From NCBI GenBank assembly GCA_002104945.1, contig MCFH01000142.1:1-27040 (forward strand): a stretch of DNA of 27,040 bases, in the 5' to 3' direction. The position numbers and the translations under genes were made by a program. This DNA is from Piromyces finnis finn (lineage: Eukaryota > Fungi > Neocallimastigomycota). The notes under the pieces were generated by a model. The model had not been told where the DNA came from, did no database searches, and saw only the letters and a program-made list of their open reading frames with translations. Below are positions 21,633 through 27,040 of the stretch, piece after piece (the stretch's first letter is position 1; every line of letters begins with the position of its first letter).

Positions 21633-22964
21633 TGATATTGAATATGAATATAAATATGAATTATGAAAATTAAATTTTACAAGATATTAAATATAATTAT
21701 ATTTTAAAGAATCTTTTAAAATTAATTTACATTTTTAATTATTAATTAAAATATATATTTTTGATCCTTGTTATGCTATCTCATTTTACATATATATTAT
21801 TACTCATTTTTCATGCACTCTTTGCTGGATAACTGACAACTTTTCATGAATAATAATTTAAAATACTTATTGTATAATAAATTGAATATATATTTAGCAC
21901 TGTTTCATTTAATTATTTAATGATTTAGGATTAAAAGCTCGTCTGGTTTACTCTTATCCTTTTAATGACTAAACAAGTTTTTCTCTATTTATTTTGTTTT
22001 ATAATTCATTAAACTAATTTATAAAATTCTATTTTATTAAAATCATATATATTGCTAGAAAATATTCTTTCTATTGCACAAACTTCAAGAAATTTCTTGA
22101 TAATAATCTATGCTAAAAGAACTAATTTATTCAGACTTCATGCATCATATTTTTAAAATGAATATTACCATATAATGTCTTAATTGAAATAGGAGCTTTA
22201 GTTAGTATTAATATTACTATCTATATAGATAATAATATATATGATTAGAATTTCTAATAGTTTTCAATAGTTTTCCTATAGTATAAGTTAATGTCCGGCA
22301 GATGATCCACTTTAGAGAATCGATTTAAAGTTGTATGAGACTTAATCTGTTAGATATTTAGATAGGAAAGTTACTAAAATAAATACATATTGCATGTATT
22401 AATATGTTTGTAATGTGGCTTATATATTTAATTTATTACAATATGTTTCAATATATTTGACATTTGACATTATTTCTGACATATACATATAATAATAATT
22501 TATTTTTTATTAATTTTAATTTGTAATTTAAATTTACCATTCAAAGATTACTAAATCTTCTTTTTCTCTTTTATTAATTATTAAAGATAAAATTTCATAT
22601 TTATAAAGACTTTTAACAATGAGGTTTATAATTCTTTATTATTTATAACATTTTTCTTTTCTTTTTTTTTTTTTTTATTTATTTTTTATTTATTTATTAT
22701 TAGTTTTTAATGTTATACATTATGTTATCTATAAATTCTATTTGATATGCTGGAAATAAAATATTATTAAATACCTTTTTTCTTTTATATTTATTTTTAT
22801 TTTTTAATTTTTTTTAAAAAAAAAAAAAAGAAGTAATTTTATTAAACGATTTTATTTAAATATTCATTTTACTTTAATAATAATATAAAAAAATTTTTTC
22901 TTTAAATTTTTTTGAGTTTGTTTTAATCATTAAAAATAAATATTGTTAATTTATTTTTGTTAAT

Positions 22965-23989
22965 TTATTTTTCTTCATTGATAATAACAGTTCCTTCGTC
23001 ACATACATCTAAAATTTTAACATAACTGTCAATACCCTTTCCATTTTCATCCTTAGTATTCATAAATATTTCTTGAATCTTCTTGCCAATAGCTTCGAAG
23101 TTTTCAGTAGCTAAAACTAAAACAGTTGGACCAGCACCACTCATACATGCACCAATGAAACCGTTCATGAATCCTGGTTTTAAAGCTAAAATTTCTGGAA
23201 GACTGGAATTAACTTTCTTCTATAATATTGATGAACTTTATCTTGCATAGCTTCGTGTATAACTTCTGGGTTTGGAGTATCATCTCCTAAAGCGTGAGTG
23301 AGGACAGTAACTCTTTGAAGATTGTATACAACATCACTACGTTCGTATTGTTGTGGAAGTACTGAACGAGCTAATGATGTAGCTAATTCGAATTTTGGAA
23401 TAACAAACAACTACTTTTACGGCCTTTGACCATTTCATTTTTATGCATGCGCTAGTTTTATATGGAATATTTCTTGTTTAACAGTGTTTTCAGCGCCCCA
23501 TACCATTTTTGGAAGACACTTGCTTTATCATTTAAGTAACTAGCAACAAAACCACCTAATAAGGTAGCAGCAACATTATCTGGATGACCTTCAACCATAA
23601 TACAATAATCTAATAATCTTTCTTTTGGTAAATTTAATCCACAAACGACATTAGCTAACATAACACCACCAACAATAGCAGTACCAGAAGAACCTAATCC
23701 ACGACCTAATGGAATATCATTATCAACAATAAGTTCTAAACCTTTTGGAAGGGTAGTTCCATAAGAACGTGCAAGATATAAAGCTGTTTTGGTAATTAAA
23801 TTTTCTTCAATATCTAATGAAACAGAACCTTTTGGGGTTTTATCAGTGTATTCTATTGTAATTGGTCTTTCATCATCATGAACTGTAACATTAATTGTCA
23901 AAAATAATTTTAATCCAAGACCTAAAAACATCGAATCCTGGTCCAATATTTGAAGTGGAAGATGGAACTTTTATAGTGAATTTTTGCAT
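22965..23989 (-). CDS. THR1: Homoserine kinase (GHMP kinase family, fungal type), intronless, with at least four 1-bp indels
   Basis: Start MQKFTIKVPSSTSNIGPGFDV. Motifs IPLGRGLGSSG, HPDNVA, VIPKFELATSLARSVLP, YNLQR, MQDKVHQYYR and SGAGPT closely follow yeast Thr1 as I recall it. Confidence 0.95.
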
Positions 23990-24268
23990 TTTATTATATT
24001 TATGATATTAACTATTTAATATATTATATAACATTATATCATTTATTTATATATATTATAAATAATAATTAAATAATTTCATATTAGTATTATATTATCT
24101 AAATATTTATAGTTAAAAATACTTTAATTATTAGATTAATTATTTATTATATATTTCTTTTATATACTTAAACAATTCATTTAATGCATATATTGTATAA
24201 CTTTTCAAATTATTTTTTACTTTTATTTTTTTTTTTCTTTATTTTTATTTTAGTTTTTATCATCATTC

Positions 24269-24390
24269 TTGGAATTTAATTTACAAATCTTCATACTTAA
24301 TGATTTGGAATTTAACTCTATAAAATCTTTCATACTTAATGATTTGGATTTTTAACTTTATAAATCTTTCATATTTAATGATTGGATTTT
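24269..24390. repeat. Tandem repeat, ~3.2 copies of a 36-39 bp unit
   Basis: Units TTGGA(A/T)TT..AATCTT(T)CATA(C/T)TTAATGAT at 24269-24304, 24305-24343 and 24344-24382. Confidence 0.85.
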
Positions 24391-26290
24391 ATATCGTTTT
24401 ACAGTAATTTAAATGTTTTATATACTCTTATTTATAATTTTTGTTTTCTAATTAAAACTTACATTTAATATTTTATATATTTGCAATTAAGTACAATTAT
24501 AATTTCTCAAACTAAAAAAATAAATTATTTTTTTTTTTTTTTGAATTTAAGATTATTACTTTTTTACTACTTTTAATTTTTGCAATTATTAATAATTACA
24601 AGAATTTTAAATTTTATATATATATATTTTTTTTTTAATCTAAAAAAATTTTTTTTCTGATACATTAATAATAAGTAAATAATATACAGGTCAATATATT
24701 ATATTTATATTGATAATATATGTAGATACATCTTAATATAGGCAAAGTAATTTTTTCCATATTTATTAAAGATAAAGAAAAATCAATGGCATCATATATT
24801 AGTAATCTATATCATATATTTAAAAAAATTTCCTTCATTTTTATTTGTTGAAGTATTGTTACATTATATATATAATATATTAAGATTTCAATACATTGTA
24901 TTTAATCATGTGTTTATATAATGTTATTTTTACATATATTTATTCACTAGAATGATATTTAAATATTATTATTTTTAATTTTATGTCTTTGAATTTAATA
25001 CTTATTTATATTTTTTTAAATATTTCTTGAAATATTTCTTGAAAGTAGATTGAAAATATTAGCATTTTAATGATTAAAGTTAGCTTAATAATTGGAAAAA
25101 AATAAAAATCGGTTAAAATCTTAAATTTTATTTTTCCTAATTATTTAATGTATATATTTATTGCATAAAATACCTATTATTTATACTTTGATACTTAGTA
25201 CTTATAGAAAAGAATTGATTTTATTAAAATACTAATAAAAAAATAAATAATGTATTTTATATAATTTACAAATAATAATGATTTTTAGATAATTCATAAA
25301 TATTATTTAGTAATGAGTAAAATGATTTTATAAAAGCAATATTCTATTATATATTATATATGTTAAGTAAAAAAAAAAAAAAAAAAGTGTATATATATAT
25401 AAAAATTATATATAATAAAGAATAGTATTATACAAAATTGAATTATAATATAATTAATTTTTAATTACTATTTTAATAATTTAAATAATTATGGTAATAA
25501 TGAAATCTATTTTTTAATATATAAAATAAAAGGAATGTTTCTAATATTTTATTTTATGCCTTAAACAATATAAAATGTATTAAACAATAAGTATTTAGTA
25601 ATAATAATATATAGAAAAAGAAAATAAGAAAATGATAAAAAAAACGTTTTATAATTATTTATTTTAATATTATTTTATTTTTTTTTAAAAATTTTAAAAA
25701 GTTAAAAGTAAAAATAAAATAAAAGGATGAGGATGAAGAGATAGAAAATATACAAAAGATTATTATTATTTATGGTATTTAATATTCAAGGTTTTTTTAT
25801 TTATTTATATATTAATCAGATTATATAAATATAAAAATAATATATAATTATTAAAACATTAATGAATTACTTAAACATATTAATATAGTACATTTATCTT
25901 TTATATTATTTAATATATATATTAATCTATTTTTTTAATATAAATGACTTTAAAAGTCTAATGGTCTACTATTATTAATGATTTTCTTTCTACTTCTACA
26001 TAAAGTAATAAATATACTTTAAATAAAGCTTTTTATTTAAAATAATTAGATTTATATATATATATATATTATATATATTTAAATTATTATATATAATAAT
26101 TATAAATTCAGTAGAAAGGCAATTTATCTATTTCTTCTATTTACTTCATTTTCGAGGAGTGAAATAAATAAATTATATCCACTACTATTAGAAATACTAT
26201 TATTATTTTGTTCATATTGTAAATATTGGTTTTTGTTTCCGTATTTAGAAGATAACAAATTAGAACTACTTTTAATATTTCCATATGTAA

Positions 26291-26507
26291 TTATTTGGTT
26301 TTGTTATTTTCTATAAGGGAATAATCATAATAATCAGAAGAAGAAAAAGAAGAATCCATTCTTGAGAAAAATGATAATACAGAATTATTGCTTTCTTTAT
26401 TATCGTGTATTTTATCATGATAATAGTTATATTTACTATTGTTTAAAATATGTTGATCTTCATTATTATTATTATTATAATTATTATTATTATTATATTA
26501 TTATATA

Positions 26508-26538
<31 letters not shown>

Positions 26539-26557
26539 TATTACTATTATTATTATT

Positions 26558-26621
<64 letters not shown>

Positions 26622-26738
26622 TATTATTATTATATTATTATTATATTATTATTATTTTGCTGGCTTAATATATCTAATTTTGATAATTCATCTAAAATCA
26701 TAATTGGTTCATCTTTATAATTTATTATTTCACCTTCA
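26291..26738 (-). CDS. Last exon of an unidentified low-complexity protein with a ~65-residue poly-Asn tract
   Basis: After acceptor TATTATAG it reads EGEIINYKDEPIMILDELSKLDILSQQ-(N)n-EDQHILNNSKYNYYHDK...IENNKTK*. The flanks are in the same net frame, with local slips inside the repeat. Confidence 0.8.
26462..26656. repeat. (ATT)n/(AAT)n trinucleotide microsatellite encoding poly-Asn on the minus strand
   Basis: Direct reading of the sequence. Confidence 0.95.
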
Positions 26739-26793
26739 CTATAATATTTTAAATGTTATAAAAAAATAACAATAATATTAATTACTAATATAT

Positions 26794-26828
<35 letters not shown>

Positions 26829-26857
26829 TATTTATTTATTTATTTTTTGATATCTAC
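26739..26857 (-). other. GT-AG spliceosomal intron (119 bp, phase 2) containing a (TAAA)n microsatellite
   Basis: Donor AG|GTAGAT and acceptor TATTATAG|T. Splicing joins AG+T into a Ser codon and keeps both exons in frame. Confidence 0.8.
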
Positions 26858-27040
26858 CTATAAAAACCTAATAAAACTTCACCATCAGACATTGTTGTTG
26901 TTGTAGTATTTGTAGTTGCAAAATCTGAACTACTAGTAATATTATAATTTTGAAATAGCTTTTTTGTAAAACTAAGATTATTACCGATATTGTTATTGCT
27001 CTGTCTCTGATCATCAAGATTTACATTATTATTATATTAT
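26858..27040 (-). CDS. Upstream exon of the same poly-Asn gene (continues beyond the window)
   Basis: Open frame NNNVNLDDQRQSNNNIGNNLSFTKKLFQNYNITSSSDFATTNTTTTTMSDGEVLLGFY ending at a GT donor. Confidence 0.78.

Noticed and set aside
21810-22400. Possible decayed coding sequence or TE relic on the minus strand
   Set aside because: Only short stop-riddled fragments with no motif I can recognise.
22965-23989. Bacterial horizontal origin of the intronless homoserine kinase
   Set aside because: Its motifs and the insert after LGGFVASYL follow fungal Thr1 rather than bacterial ThrB. Lack of introns alone is not evidence of transfer.
26362-26703. Plus-strand ORFs 26362..26703 and 26450..26668 (poly-Tyr/Ile)
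   Set aside because: They are antisense shadows of the (AAT)n poly-Asn tract. The minus strand has the coherent exon-intron structure.
1-27040. CRISPR array, rRNA or tRNA genes
   Set aside because: No repeat-spacer array or RNA gene signature was seen. Repeats are LTRs, microsatellites and one minisatellite.

Overview
Very AT-rich eukaryotic DNA, most likely from an anaerobic gut fungus (Neocallimastigomycota; inferred from AT content, fungal-type THR1, a GT-AG intron and poly-Asn coding). It is a cluster of Ty3/Gypsy LTR retrotransposons followed by host genes. (1) Positions 1-9638 form a giant inverted repeat (arms ~1-4693 and ~4935-9638) holding two mirror copies of a 5'-truncated chromodomain-bearing element (A). 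The arms differ only by small indels where I compared them, and the fold point lies inside the protease region, so a long-read fold-back artefact is at least as likely as a real palindrome. (2) Element B (minus strand, ~9783-15456) is near full length (gag-PR-RT-RH-IN, no chromodomain) with near-identical LTRs. It has a 12-nt primer-binding site complementary to a sequence in its own LTR just downstream of a TATA box, the Tf1-type self-priming signature. (3) Element C (15460-18902) has two diverged ~705-bp LTRs, a mostly non-coding interior and an integrase C-terminal remnant. (4) Element D (~20510-21632) is a decayed RT pseudogene. (5) An intronless fungal homoserine kinase gene (THR1, 22965-23989, minus). 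(6) The 3' end of a spliced poly-Asn gene (26291-27040, minus) that the ORF track misses. Frequent 1-bp indels, even in THR1, point to consensus errors. I found no evidence of a wholly new system. The best biological lead is the self-priming element B.
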